64,000 bases of DNA from an uncultured Verrucomicrobiae bacterium (GCA_963836755.1 CAWIKF010000002.1:768001-832000), one strand, 5' to 3'. Counted from the stretch's first letter, positions 40,348 to 51,303 are shown. The notes: generated by a model from the letters alone, not told the origin. Numbers and translations: made by a program.

Positions 40348-41497
40348 CATGAGCTTCCAATGTCGTGAGCAAAATGGGCGCTGGTTTCAACTGACTCTTC
40401 AGAAGGCGTTGGAATACGCCCATTGTGGCCCTGTAGGAAAGTGGAGTCGGTTTGAATCTGAGGAATTCATGCAGTGGCCGAAATTTTCTCTCCACAGGGA
40501 AATTCCCAACCGATGCGATGTAGCGCTTTCCATCCCGACCATAAGCCGCGTTCGGCCAAGGTGGTGTGCAGAGTGGTTTTAGATTTTCGTCTGTGAATCG
40601 GCCGGGATTCGCAAGGCGGCGTCCAAGCCATTCGGTAACCCGCACGTTGACTGCGTTACCCACAAGACGCCACCTACTGCGATGATTTCCCGCTTTCGCT
40701 GCGGGGGCTGTCCAAAACTCCGGGAATCCCTGCAAGCGCTCTGCGTCACAAAGATGAGGTGTCGCGATCCCTCCACTGGGCAGGATCATGGCCGGAGCCG
40801 ATGGGATGCCAAGCCCAGATCCCCCTTTAAGCGCCGGGATGGCGTCGCACGCCCAGCCAATACCACGATTGCCTTCAGTCCAATAGAAGCCGAATGAAGA
40901 AGCAGCAACATCATCGATATCAGTCTGATTGCTATCATCCGCTAGAAGCACATCGCACGGGTCGAGTGTCTTGCTGCCAAAAAGGAAGACTCGAGGGCGG
41001 CGTTGCGGCAGACCAAATGCCTGCGCGTCAACGATGCGATATGCCCAGTCGTATTCCAGCTGTTCGAGCTGATCAACGAGGGATTCGATGGCGATGCCTC
41101 GATTGAGACGGAGCATAAAAGGAACATTTTCGAAAAGCACATTCGCAGGCTTTGATTTTCGAATCAAACGGAAGACTTCCCACACCAATCCTGAATTTGT
41201 CCCCCAAATTCCCGCTGTCCGCCCAGCCTGACTCAGATCTTGGCACGGAAATCCAGCTGTTATCAAGGAAACGCCTTGTGGAATGGAACGCAAAGCGCAG
41301 ACATCACTTTCAAGACGTAATTCCGGAAATCGCGTTCGTAGAACGGTTGTTGCTTCTGGGTTGTTTTCGCACGCAAGAACTAAGTTGTGCCCGGCGCGAC
41401 GCAGCCCCAGTTCAAAGCCCCCAATGCCCGAAAATATACTGGCAACATACAAACCTGAATTTTTTGGTTTGATTCGTGGACGAATGTGCTGGGGCAT
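40301..41497 (-). CDS. dcm: DNA (cytosine-5) methyltransferase
   Basis: FSGIGG, GFPCQD, ENV, PQRRPR, ERLQGFP and GNAV motifs; start at 41497 or up to 41611. Confidence 0.95.
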   Translation of the reverse strand: MPQHIRPRIKPKNSGLYVASIFSGIGGFELGLRRAGHNLVLACENNPEATTVLRTRFPELRLESDVCALRSIPQGVSLITAGFPCQDLSQAGRTAGIWGTNSGLVWEVFRLIRKSKPANVLFENVPFMLRLNRGIAIESLVDQLEQLEYDWAYRIVDAQAFGLPQRRPRVFLFGSKTLDPCDVLLADDSNQTDIDDVAASSFGFYWTEGNRGIGWACDAIPALKGGSGLGIPSAPAMILPSGGIATPHLCDAERLQGFPEFWTAPAAKAGNHRSRWRLVGNAVNVRVTEWLGRRLANPGRFTDENLKPLCTPPWPNAAYGRDGKRYIASVGNFPVERKFRPLHEFLRFKPTPLSYRATMGVFQRLLKSQLKPAPILLTTLEAHVTRMSSLKTSARCGC

Positions 41498-41683
41498 TTC
41501 ATGGGTGTTTAATGCCCAGTTGCACAAAACTCGAGAGAAATCTTGATTCCATAATTCCCATTCGAGTTCGTGAATATTTCTAACAACCGATCGACATTCA
41601 CAAGCTTCCAAAATCTATGCTGATACGCAGCATATTATCTGCTCTTCCTCGCCACTTAGTTCGTGTTCTAGTATCAATTTACT

Positions 41684-44600
41684 CTACTCTTTCAATCTCT
41701 TCAAAGAACCTGCCAGCACCTTTGAAATAACCGCCGTGCGATCCGTTTTTGCGGCTTGACCGACGGCATTGTAGTTCACTTTCACTTTGTAACCCAGCAC
41801 CGTCGTTTCTTTGCTGGCGTGTTGCGCTTCCAAGCTCTCCACAAAAGCAAACAGACCGTCAGGTGTGACAAACCGTGTCCTTTCAAGTTCCACCGCCGCG
41901 AGTATCGAGCGCATCGTTTTCTCCGCTCTCGCAAGTTTCTTTACATCCGGTGCAACGACGGCCACGAAATCAAATCCCGCCGCGATACATTTCCGCACAT
42001 TGCCGATTTCATGCTCAACCGGCGTCGTCACCGTAATTTCACAGGCCAGCTTCCGACCTTTCTTTTCGAGCGCCACGTCCACAAGCCCCGCACCATCGAG
42101 CACCGTTTTTTCAACAGTGGCGATATATCCCATGCCTTGCCCCCATTGCCGGATCAATTGTTGCAAATGTTTGTGCTCTAGCCCGCCCTTGCCCGGTGCA
42201 ACGGTTCGCCGAAGGGAACTATCTTGTTTTGTTTTCTCAGGAGCAGGATGCGGCGTCTCTTCCGTTTGCAGAACAGCAGGAGATTTTTCCGCAACGGGTG
42301 GCGGGACCGGCTCTTCTTCAGATACGGCCGGAGCGTTAACGACTTGATCTAATTCAGGTGCCGGGGAGAAACCACGGGTCTTGAAGCAGCCAGGATTTTT
42401 TCGATTTCTTCTCGCGGCAGCGCATATTTCGCACGGGAAATGTCTGTGATGCGCGCTGCGTTCACTCCCCCATTTTCATCATCACTCTCACGCAGCGGAA
42501 GCGTTTCGAGATTAAAATCGAAGTCAGCCCGCTCCATGCGGCAAATGGCTTGCCCTGTCGAAAGGCTTTGAAGCTCCTTGCAGTCAAAATCCGAAAAGCC
42601 CGATTCCAATTTCCGGGCATCTTGATCGCCGACCCGAAAACAAATCCAAGTGTATGGATTGGAAATGACTGCCGAGAACAACTCCCCATCGCCACGTTCC
42701 AACTGACGAAGCTCTTGATGTGCCAGTGTCAAACCCAGGGCGTATTTCCTCGCACCGGACAAAAGCGACACCATTGATGGAGTTGTAAAATTATGGAATT
42801 CGTCAATGTAGAGGAAAAAAGGGCGACGATCTTTTTGCAAAAGCGACTGCCGACTCATCGCCGCCTGATGAAATTTTGAAACCAGCAGGCTCCCCAATAA
42901 GAAGGAATTTTCTTCACCAATCAGCCCTTGCGAAAGTTTTGCCAGAAGGATTTTTCCCTCTGCCATCATGCCCGCAAAGTCCATGCGATCATCTTTTTGG
43001 GCGACCATGTAGCGGATCGTTTTGGTCCGAAGGAAGGAATCGAGGCGAGTAAGCACCGAGGCAACCGGAGCGCCTTTGAGCATCGGAAAATGATGCTGCC
43101 AATAATAGACGATTTCAGGATCGGAAACCGATTTTAGAAATTCATTGCGAAATCCCGTTTCGAGCAGGAACCGGCGCAGATCAAGAAGTGTCCCTCCGCG
43201 TTGGCTTTCCAAAAATGCCAGGATCGCGTTACCAAGCACCGATGACATTTGATCGCCCCAACTTGTGGCAAGGCGTTTAAAGACAGCGACCAAATCCGAA
43301 GCCAGAAGATTTTTTTCCAAGTCACCATGCGCTTTGAGGATGTTGAAGCCTATGGAAAATTGTTCATCCGAAGGATCGAAGACGACGACATCATCAATGC
43401 GATTCTCCGGTATCGGTGCGAGCACCGCGTCGGATAGATCGCCATGCGGATCAAGCAATGCGATTCCCTCTCCATTTTCCATGTCTTGGAGAATCAGGTT
43501 GAGCATGAGCGTTGACTTGCCCGTTCCCGATGCCCCGATGATATGGCTATGGCGCAAACGCTCACCTATATTTACACGCACTTCGCGCCGTGCTCCATTG
43601 TGGATATTGAAACCCAAGAGCACGCCATCATTTTGAGCAATCGACGGAACAACTTTCGTCTTTTGTGTCTGGCGTTCCAGCTTGCGGCTTTGAAGGTGCG
43701 ACGCTGGCAAATGGGCCAAGGCAATCAATTCATCGAGATTCAAAATCATCCCACTTCGCCGTGTTGCGCGATAGACGACTGCCAATTCCCTCTCCCCTTT
43801 TTCAACCTCTTCATTTTCGAGCGGGATCAATTCATTCCCGGAAGGATTGGAAAACACCGACAACGCCCCGGTGAAGCTGCGCGCAATATCAAGAACCCGC
43901 CAGCGCTCCATAGCCTTTACTCCAACTCGCGCAACGGCGGCAAAAAGAGGTTTAGAAATTTTTGCGCGAGCTTGGGCTAGAAAATCTGGGTGACTGTCAA
44001 AAAGTGGCGATCCGTCAGGCAATGTCACCACCCGAACAACACTCCGCCCCACGGTTCACGAACTGGTTGAAGTATGACTTGATACACAGCCACTTCATTT
44101 TCTTGCAGTCCTTCCATCACGCCATAAAGACCTGTGAGCGGATCAGGACTCAAATTGCGCGGCATCAAAAGCGGAAGCATGAATTCCCTCGAAAGACCAA
44201 AATCAACGACTAAGCTTTCGTCAGACGAAACACTCTGCCACGCCTCATTCAAGCAGCCTTCGGCTTTTACAATCAGAATGCCAGGAAGCTGAATACGAAG
44301 CTGCTGTAATACGTTGGATTCATCGACTTCACTGACGGCGAATTGCACAGAAATCGAATTGGCGGTGCCGATAATTTCAAAAGACACAATGCCCCGCACC
44401 AATGATAGGGACACAAATAATTGTGTAAGTGTGTCTTTTGAAATGTCCGCCGACTGAGGCAAAATTATGCGAAGCTCACACCAATCTCTAGTCGGTTCGA
44501 TTTGGGTAGGTTCGCATTCTTCCGGCATTTCTTCCGGCTCGAAATTATCCGGTTCAACAGTTTTAGGTTTGAAACTTTCAACTACATTTTTTGCCAAGCT

Positions 44601-44768
44601 GCTAAAGAATGTTGGCTTTCTTCCATCGTCCACCGGCTTCGATCTAATGTAGTGACCACGAAACGGAACAAAAGCCGGTTCCGGTGTGATATACATCGGC
44701 CAAACATCCCACCCGCGCCCGCGTCGTTCCCATTCGTAAAAACTGCGAATGAGATCGTCGGCGATCAT
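41684..44768 (-). pseudogene. VirD4/TraG-like (HerA-FtsK superfamily) coupling ATPase with C-terminal PD-(D/E)xK-like domain; frameshifts near 44040 and 42365
   Basis: GASGTGKS Walker A, LDPHGDL, YIDEFHNF, ARKYALGLTLAHQ; Pro-rich linker; GKGGLEHKHLQ...VDVALE...ACEIT tail; three ORFs join by frame changes. Confidence 0.8.
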
Positions 44769-44787
44769 GGAGAATTACGATAAGCGA

Positions 44788-45375
44788 TCAGCGAAACAAT
44801 TCGTGCATCACTGGCTTTCGTTCCGATTCCGAAAGTGGCGCAAGCCCCGCTGCTTTCGTCATTTGATCGATGGATTCCATCAGCGATTGATGCACCACTG
44901 TATGAAACATTAGCCCGGTATCGATTTTATAAAACGTCATCTTGTGAGCGTTTAGGAAAAAATATACTCCGGCAATCGCAGCACCGAAACTAAGCAGTAA
45001 CCCAAAAAAACCGAACATCTTGAGAAAGAGATAAGCAACAAATAGAAAGCCAAGGATACCGAGAGGAATCACGAGCAACCAATTGATACCCTTTGGAGTT
45101 ATCAAGCGGGAGGACACGAAAAAGCCGTTGCCATAGGGTGCAGCGCAAACATAGAAATCGTAATCGCGACGGTTGATCCTTAGATATTCTCGTTTGTCTG
45201 AAAATGTTCCGCCCTCGTGCCAATCCACCCGCGATGCTTGAAAATCAGTCACCTCGCGACTTTTGATGCAATTCTCGATCAGGGCATACAATTCCGACGG
45301 CGTTACGCTAATCCCCTCAAAAAGTTTTGCCCAATGGGAAACGACTAAGGAGTTGTCCGGTTGTGGCTCCGACAT
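44788..45375 (-). CDS. hypothetical membrane protein
   Basis: 195 aa with two adjacent TM segments; 19 bp upstream of the coupling-ATPase gene. Confidence 0.75.
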   Translation of the reverse strand: MSEPQPDNSLVVSHWAKLFEGISVTPSELYALIENCIKSREVTDFQASRVDWHEGGTFSDKREYLRINRRDYDFYVCAAPYGNGFFVSSRLITPKGINWLLVIPLGILGFLFVAYLFLKMFGFFGLLLSFGAAIAGVYFFLNAHKMTFYKIDTGLMFHTVVHQSLMESIDQMTKAAGLAPLSESERKPVMHELFR

Positions 45376-45430
45376 AGGCCGGGACGTTTAAGAAAAACTG
45401 TTACGTGCGGCAAGTCCGAAAAATTGCCGA

Positions 45431-46100
45431 TTATACTTCGTTGGCAGAGGTGACAACGTCGAAATCAACTTCCAATGTTTCAAAATGTTTGCGACCGCAG
45501 CGGATTTTTTCTGCCTCAATGTTCCGCAGCTTTTCAAAATCCTTGGTGCCTTTTGTTTCGCGAACAAGATACAGCACCGTGTCATCGTCCTTGAGGATCG
45601 CCCAATCAGGGTTGTAAGTGCCAAGTGGCGTTTCGATCTTGAACCAATCCGGCAGCTTTACGAAGAGCTTCACATCTTGCCGTTGTCTAACTTTTCCGCG
45701 AACTCCCGCTCGACTTCCGAATCATACACCACGGCGTCATAGACGCTCTTTTTGACTTCGAGCCGGGTTGTTTAAATAGCTGACGATCTCTTTTTCCTCG
45801 AAAAGCCTCATGCTATATTCCTCGCCTGCTACCCGCTCATATTTGATTCCGTCAATCATCAGCTTGTGTAGTTGCAGCTTGAGAATGGCCGCGCCCGCAT
45901 CCATGAATTTTTGCGGATTCGATAGGAATTCCGCCAAGCGATTCGACTCTTTTAAAATGCGGACAATGGTTGACCGTGTGAGTTCCGTTTCCGCCTGCAA
46001 ATAGGCTATGACATCGGGCACGGGGCCGCGAAACACAACCGTCTCGCCACTTTCCCGAATCACCTCCGTCTTAATACCAGCTACGTTTTTCGAGTGTCGA
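45431..46100 (-). pseudogene. 3' remnant of a Type III restriction Res subunit
   Basis: LQAETELTRSTI, IDGIKYE, VYDSEVEREFA and FVKLPDWFKIETPLGTYNPDWA...VRETKG; helicase N-terminal part missing; about 2 frameshifts. Confidence 0.85.
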
Positions 46101-48576
46101 TGTCCACCCATTCAGTCTCGTGTTTCGCTTCAGCGACTCCATTTGATTCCACTTGCTGCGTAGCAAGCCGACCGGCGTATCTGAGTTGTTCAAGCCTCGT
46201 TTTGAATGCCGGATAATCTTGCACCAAGGAGAGAAGCTCTTCGCCGAGGTGAAACTCACGACGCAATGCACGCACGACAGCCCTCGCGGCCTCGCTTTCC
46301 AAGGTATCGTCAAGAGCATCCTCAATATCCTGCAAAAACAATGCCGCCTGCTCGCGCGTAACCTGATCTGGATGATCTTGTATAAACCCCTTTTTCAAAC
46401 GTTCAACTTTGTGAGTAACACGATCGGCGCTTAATTCCTTTTCGGCCCGATGCTGCATTTCACGTAATTTGCGAAAGAGCACTTTCATGTTTTGCTCGAA
46501 CTGAACGATGTCGTCAGGAATTCCGTTTATCGAACCATCGGATTCGATTGTCGGTAACTCATCCATGACCGCTCTCACAAAACCAGTCTTGTTGATGTGC
46601 AGGCCTTCACCAAGTGACTCTGTGCATTTTTTTAGAGCATCATAAATTGATTTCCCCGCCTCAAATTTACTACTAACCGCATCTGCGGTAATCGAGTTAA
46701 TCACAGATTGCTCCGCTCCCCAAAACTCAGTTGCATACCTGCGTGCAGCTCTAATACAAAGTGAGAGTGGGATTAGGTCTTCGATTTCAACAGGATCACT
46801 CTTGATCGTGATCTTGCCGCCTTGGTCGGAAAGCGGAAGTTTGCCGATCTGCAAAACGTATTCGTGCTTTAGAAGTTCCTTGTGCCGAGGTCCACCGCGC
46901 TCAATATCTTTCCGCGCCGCATCTCCTGCCGTGTCGCTGTCTAGTAAAACAATCACGGACGGGCGCTCAACATCGCGACCGCGAGCGAGGTAAACAAGGT
47001 AAGGGATTTGTGGTGCCGATCCCGCTGGCACAATTGTAAGACGGTTGAGGTCCAGAGTTTCGGTTTCTGCTACACAACGAGCACGTAAATAGGTGGCAAT
47101 CCCGGCAAGGAGAATTTGATCAGATGGACCTTCTACCATGAGATTGCAATTTCCGATGAAGGTAGTTTCGCCAACGAATGCACCGAAAGCCGAACGCAGC
47201 GGTTCATAGTGATTGCGCGCAACGTCGCGCACAACGCGTGTCCCTTCTTCACCGCCGCCTTTCTCAAGAACGCAGATGCGATCGGCATGATTCTTGTCGA
47301 TTAGAAACGGCGAGTGAGTCACATAAATCACCTGCACGGGTTTGCGTGAAATGTCATCAGGAGAAGCATAGGCAGCAAAAACCTTTAGCAGGTCCTGCTG
47401 TGCTTGACTCGAAAGGTAGGCGTCCGGCTCGTCCATCAATAGAATCTCGGTTTCGGGTCCTTTAGATTCGTGTGCGAGGTATTGTATGTAATACGAAAGG
47501 AAAAATTTGAGGCCGCTGCTCCTTTCCTTGAAGGAGTATTGTGTCCCCGTCCGATCACGAATTGTGAACACGAGATCGTATTCGCGAGGTGAAACGATGA
47601 GGTTAAAATCGCGATCCTGAACCCAAAAACGAGGAAAATTCAGTCGTGCGGCGAGGGCGGCATTGATCTTTTCAATGATGCCATTCGCATGCCCGTCATT
47701 GCCATCGCGGATCGCGGTTTGTAATTGTTCTAACGCCTTGGGGTCAATGCGAGCAACCTTTAAAATCAGATCCCTGGCAAGATTGATCTGCGCTACCTTT
47801 GATTCTCGATCCTTTTGGGAAGGTTGATCAGTCGGCGTTGTAAGCAACTTCGCAATCGGCTCCATCGCGGGAAAAATCTGAGGAGCGGATTGTTGGAAAG
47901 TCTGTGCGCTCTGGAGACCGGGGAGATGACCAGCTAGTCCGCGAACCGCATCTAATAAAGCAAAACGCCCGCGGCGTCCCGTTGATGGTGAACCAGATAC
48001 CTGATCCGGGCCGGTGATTAACTCGCGAATCGAAACACTCTCAGGGAGAGCGATCTCAGAATTGATGCGAAAGGTGCGTGGCAAGAATTCTTTTAACGAA
48101 TCAGATGGAACTGGGTGCCGCGTATATCCGTTCGGGCTGGTAAGGTAAATTGTCGTTTCGTTGCCATTAGTGCGAAAAAATAAGAATCGATCGATTGTCG
48201 CTCCGGCTGCCGTCTTGCATAATTCGCGAATCTTCGCCTGTTCCGTTTCGTTCAAACCAACCCACTCTAAGCCAAAATCGGGAGTGCGAATTTTGCCGGC
48301 AACCACGGCAAAAAACTGAGAGTATCGACAGAAATCCTCACTTTCAATGCCTGATCCCGCCACCCCTTTTTCGATGGCGGACAATAAGTGCGATTTACCA
48401 GACTCATTCGCTCCGACAATAGTGGTCACCTTTGCATAGATAGGGACACGAACAAAGGGGTAGAATGCATTGTCTATAATGTCCCACGGTAGGGGTTTCG
48501 CATCCGCGTGATTCTTACGGAGATAATCAAAGTTGAACGACTTGTAGAATCGAATGAAGACATTCTTTAGGTGCAT
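46081..48576 (-). CDS. OLD-family ABC ATPase with TOPRIM nuclease domain
   Basis: GANESGKS, RSSG signature, LLMDEPD, VTHSPF; TOPRIM VEGPSD and LLDSD. Confidence 0.85.
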   Translation of the reverse strand: MHLKNVFIRFYKSFNFDYLRKNHADAKPLPWDIIDNAFYPFVRVPIYAKVTTIVGANESGKSHLLSAIEKGVAGSGIESEDFCRYSQFFAVVAGKIRTPDFGLEWVGLNETEQAKIRELCKTAAGATIDRFLFFRTNGNETTIYLTSPNGYTRHPVPSDSLKEFLPRTFRINSEIALPESVSIRELITGPDQVSGSPSTGRRGRFALLDAVRGLAGHLPGLQSAQTFQQSAPQIFPAMEPIAKLLTTPTDQPSQKDRESKVAQINLARDLILKVARIDPKALEQLQTAIRDGNDGHANGIIEKINAALAARLNFPRFWVQDRDFNLIVSPREYDLVFTIRDRTGTQYSFKERSSGLKFFLSYYIQYLAHESKGPETEILLMDEPDAYLSSQAQQDLLKVFAAYASPDDISRKPVQVIYVTHSPFLIDKNHADRICVLEKGGGEEGTRVVRDVARNHYEPLRSAFGAFVGETTFIGNCNLMVEGPSDQILLAGIATYLRARCVAETETLDLNRLTIVPAGSAPQIPYLVYLARGRDVERPSVIVLLDSDTAGDAARKDIERGGPRHKELLKHEYVLQIGKLPLSDQGGKITIKSDPVEIEDLIPLSLCIRAARRYATEFWGAEQSVINSITADAVSSKFEAGKSIYDALKKCTESLGEGLHINKTGFVRAVMDELPTIESDGSINGIPDDIVQFEQNMKVLFRKLREMQHRAEKELSADRVTHKVERLKKGFIQDHPDQVTREQAALFLQDIEDALDDTLESEAARAVVRALRREFHLGEELLSLVQDYPAFKTRLEQLRYAGRLATQQVESNGVAEAKHETEWVDIDTRKT

Positions 48577-48597
48577 AACACTCTTTATATTTGTGGC

Positions 48598-50187
48598 CTA
48601 GTTGTTGATGTTAAACTCAATCTGCTTATTGGTGTTTCTTTTGATTGGCAGAAGACTGTTCTCTATAAGTTTTCTTACCTCATCAATCCCCTCAATTGAT
48701 GTCAAAGGCACATTCGCTAACTCTTTTGGTTCAAGTTTGTAAAGGCCTCCGCCGTAGACACGTCCGGCTAACTTCAACTCCTCGATTGTAATTGATTGTA
48801 ATGCCTTCCAGCAAGCTTCGGCTACGCGTGCTTCCTTCGCTATCAACTCGCCTAGTGAATGTCTAGGATAAAGTAGTAGATATGTATTAGCTGCGGTTGC
48901 TAGAGAATGATTGCGAATAAATCGAAAAAGGCGACCATTCTTGGCTCGACTTATGTATGTGCAGATAAACGGAGCTGGCTCCCTCCGCTCCTGCCAATAC
49001 CATTGCTTGCGTGAGCGACATAAGTAACCTTGGTGAACGCTTCCCTTTTTCCCTTTCTCTAAATATTCCCACAAGCTTGGATGGCTCCTTTTGATTTCTG
49101 ATTCTGACAGCTGGCAATCAAGTAAATACAGGTGTTCAATAAGAGTCGGCTCGCCTAAATCATTAGAAAAAACTTCGTCTATTTTCAGATTCCTTGCACT
49201 CGGCAAAATTGGGCGAAGAAATTCCCGAGGAATATTGTGCTGCCGAACCTTGTCTTCAGAAAGGACAAAAAACTCATTGCCTCCAGTGGCAATTCCTCTC
49301 TTTATCGAAAAAATATCGCCGATCCGAAGTTGGCCTCCATCTACTATTCCTTTGGTTGCTCGCGACACTGACCATTTCGAAAGGTTTTTGAGTTGAGCAT
49401 TGGTCAATCTAGTCCTCGTCGTCGGTTTCAGAAGCGTTCCCCCCTCAGTAAAAATGCTCTCATGTTGAGGGGTAGGTGTGCTATTGCGAAAAATAATTAC
49501 TGCTGAGGACACTAATGCCCCGGCAAACTGAACGTCTTCGGAATTGAATCGGTGAATGGATATAAGCTCTACTTTACTTAATAAATAATCGCGGACAACA
49601 CGTCCGTAATTGACATCCAAAAACTCGGTGGGAATTAACCAAACGCTTATAGCTCCCGGCGCTAACCATTGATGACTGAGCAGCAAAAAGTATACATATA
49701 ACCCGGATAGTCCGCTTAAAGAAAATCCATGCCGTCTAGCTTCAGCTTTGAGACGTAATTTATCATCTCCCGAGATGTGATGGTGGCGAACATACGGGGG
49801 ATTACAAATAAGGAGTGTCGCCTTATCCTTGTCGAGTGCCGGTGGCTTGAGCGCCGTAAAATCAGCGCGAATAATATCGAGCTTTGATTTCCCCCAGAGA
49901 TTTTTCGCAGCGGTCCATATCTCGTCATCAATCTCAACTCCAATCGCCGTTTTGATCTTCGACGGTCCAATGAGATTCAAGAGAGCGGAAAAAAATGACC
50001 CCGTTCCAAATCCTGGCTCCATAAAGCGAATTGGGAAATTTTTTGGGAGGTGCCTTAGCGCAGCAGAAACGATGTCGTCGGCAAGAAGGGCTGGTGTTGC
50101 AAACTGACCAAGCTTATTTCTCTCAGCCTGGTCTTTATGTTCAATCTCTAACGCAAGATTAATTCTAGAGACTTCAAGTGTTTTCAT
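48598..50187 (-). CDS. N6-adenine DNA methyltransferase (gamma class, Eco57I/TaqI-like)
   Basis: GQFATP, EPGFGTG, NPPYVRH and GGGLYKLEP motifs; 4-bp overlap with the endonuclease gene. Confidence 0.93.
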   Translation of the reverse strand: MKTLEVSRINLALEIEHKDQAERNKLGQFATPALLADDIVSAALRHLPKNFPIRFMEPGFGTGSFFSALLNLIGPSKIKTAIGVEIDDEIWTAAKNLWGKSKLDIIRADFTALKPPALDKDKATLLICNPPYVRHHHISGDDKLRLKAEARRHGFSLSGLSGLYVYFLLLSHQWLAPGAISVWLIPTEFLDVNYGRVVRDYLLSKVELISIHRFNSEDVQFAGALVSSAVIIFRNSTPTPQHESIFTEGGTLLKPTTRTRLTNAQLKNLSKWSVSRATKGIVDGGQLRIGDIFSIKRGIATGGNEFFVLSEDKVRQHNIPREFLRPILPSARNLKIDEVFSNDLGEPTLIEHLYLLDCQLSESEIKRSHPSLWEYLEKGKKGSVHQGYLCRSRKQWYWQERREPAPFICTYISRAKNGRLFRFIRNHSLATAANTYLLLYPRHSLGELIAKEARVAEACWKALQSITIEELKLAGRVYGGGLYKLEPKELANVPLTSIEGIDEVRKLIENSLLPIKRNTNKQIEFNINN

Positions 50188-51209
50188 ATTCCGAATTGAC
50201 TTAAATCGTCAACGCGATGCTCCCAAACCCAGTCGAGGCCTTCTGCTGCCTCGTAACCCAAATATCCAGGATCAAAATATCCACATAAAAATAAAATGAA
50301 ACGCAACTCTCGACCATACATTGTCTTTAGTTGCCTAATCTTTGTCGCCTCTTCTTTTCGTCGCTTGTTCGGGTTCGTAAAATCTCCAGCAGATTTAGCT
50401 TCTATTAGCAGCGGCATGCTTCCTACAACAGCATCCTTTGGCATCACAACCATATCTATCGGAATTTTTACCGAATTTCCTCTCTGTTCGGATTCTAGGT
50501 TCAACGCGGGAACCTCGACAGATTCTTCCTCCAAACCAGAAAGTCCTGCAAGTTCCACCCGCACAGGGACGTTCATCCGAATCGAAAAGGTTCCAGGCCT
50601 CATATTCATGAAAGACGATCCCTTCACAGAAATATGTGGCTCGTAATCTCTCGCTTTCAGCCATTCGCTCAAGACTTTCAATTGACGCTCTTCTTGAGCA
50701 TTTCGAATCAGAGGGTCAGAGATCGAGCCGCACAGGCGATCCGCAACAATTGTGGAAGCTCTCAATACCTGTTGTTCAGTTGGAATTCCAACTTCCGTCA
50801 GCCAAGTAAACAAATCTTCATCCAAAAGGCGTGCGATTATTTTCGAAATCTTGCCTAGTTCCAAGTCCAACACCGCCGATGTCATGCGTATGGGCACCTT
50901 TCCTTCCTCAAGAGTCTTGATCAGTGACTTTCCTACCCCCGCTAAACCAGACAGTCTATCGCGTGCAATTGGCGGAGCCGTTGCCATTCTTAGCATAGGG
51001 ATTACACCTGGCTGCTGCTTCAATAGAGTGACAGAAATGTCCCTTAACAAATCAGTCGCCTGAATTGCCTGGCGAACTTCTTCAGTAACTCGCACCCGCG
51101 TTGATCGGAATGTTGAGGGAGCGAACTGTAAAAACCACTCATTGTAATGATCGACCGACGTTTCAACGTCGCTCTTCCAAAGATGCGGTTTGTCTGCGTT
51201 TATTGCCAT
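50184..51209 (-). CDS. XamI-family type II restriction endonuclease
   Basis: NADKPHLWK N-terminus, PPIARDRL, IDMV...IEAKSAGDFTNPNKRRKEE and GLDWVWEHR; family recognised from memory. Confidence 0.85.
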   Translation of the reverse strand: MAINADKPHLWKSDVETSVDHYNEWFLQFAPSTFRSTRVRVTEEVRQAIQATDLLRDISVTLLKQQPGVIPMLRMATAPPIARDRLSGLAGVGKSLIKTLEEGKVPIRMTSAVLDLELGKISKIIARLLDEDLFTWLTEVGIPTEQQVLRASTIVADRLCGSISDPLIRNAQEERQLKVLSEWLKARDYEPHISVKGSSFMNMRPGTFSIRMNVPVRVELAGLSGLEEESVEVPALNLESEQRGNSVKIPIDMVVMPKDAVVGSMPLLIEAKSAGDFTNPNKRRKEEATKIRQLKTMYGRELRFILFLCGYFDPGYLGYEAAEGLDWVWEHRVDDLSQFGI

Positions 51210-51270
51210 TTGCTTTTATTGTATCAATCAAAACTTTTGTTGTTGACATGCCGTAAGATCAGTTAAAGTA

Positions 51271-51298
51271 AAGCCCTCTCGCATTCGCGAGAGGGCTT
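51271..51298 (-). terminator. intrinsic terminator after ardC (possibly bidirectional)
   Basis: Perfect 12-bp stem AAGCCCTCTCGC/GCGAGAGGGCTT with T-rich tails on both strands. Confidence 0.8.
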
Positions 51299-51303
51299 GT
51301 TTT

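Noticed and set aside
46081..48576. Gabija or retron call for the OLD protein
   Set aside because: No adjacent UvrD-like helicase or reverse transcriptase
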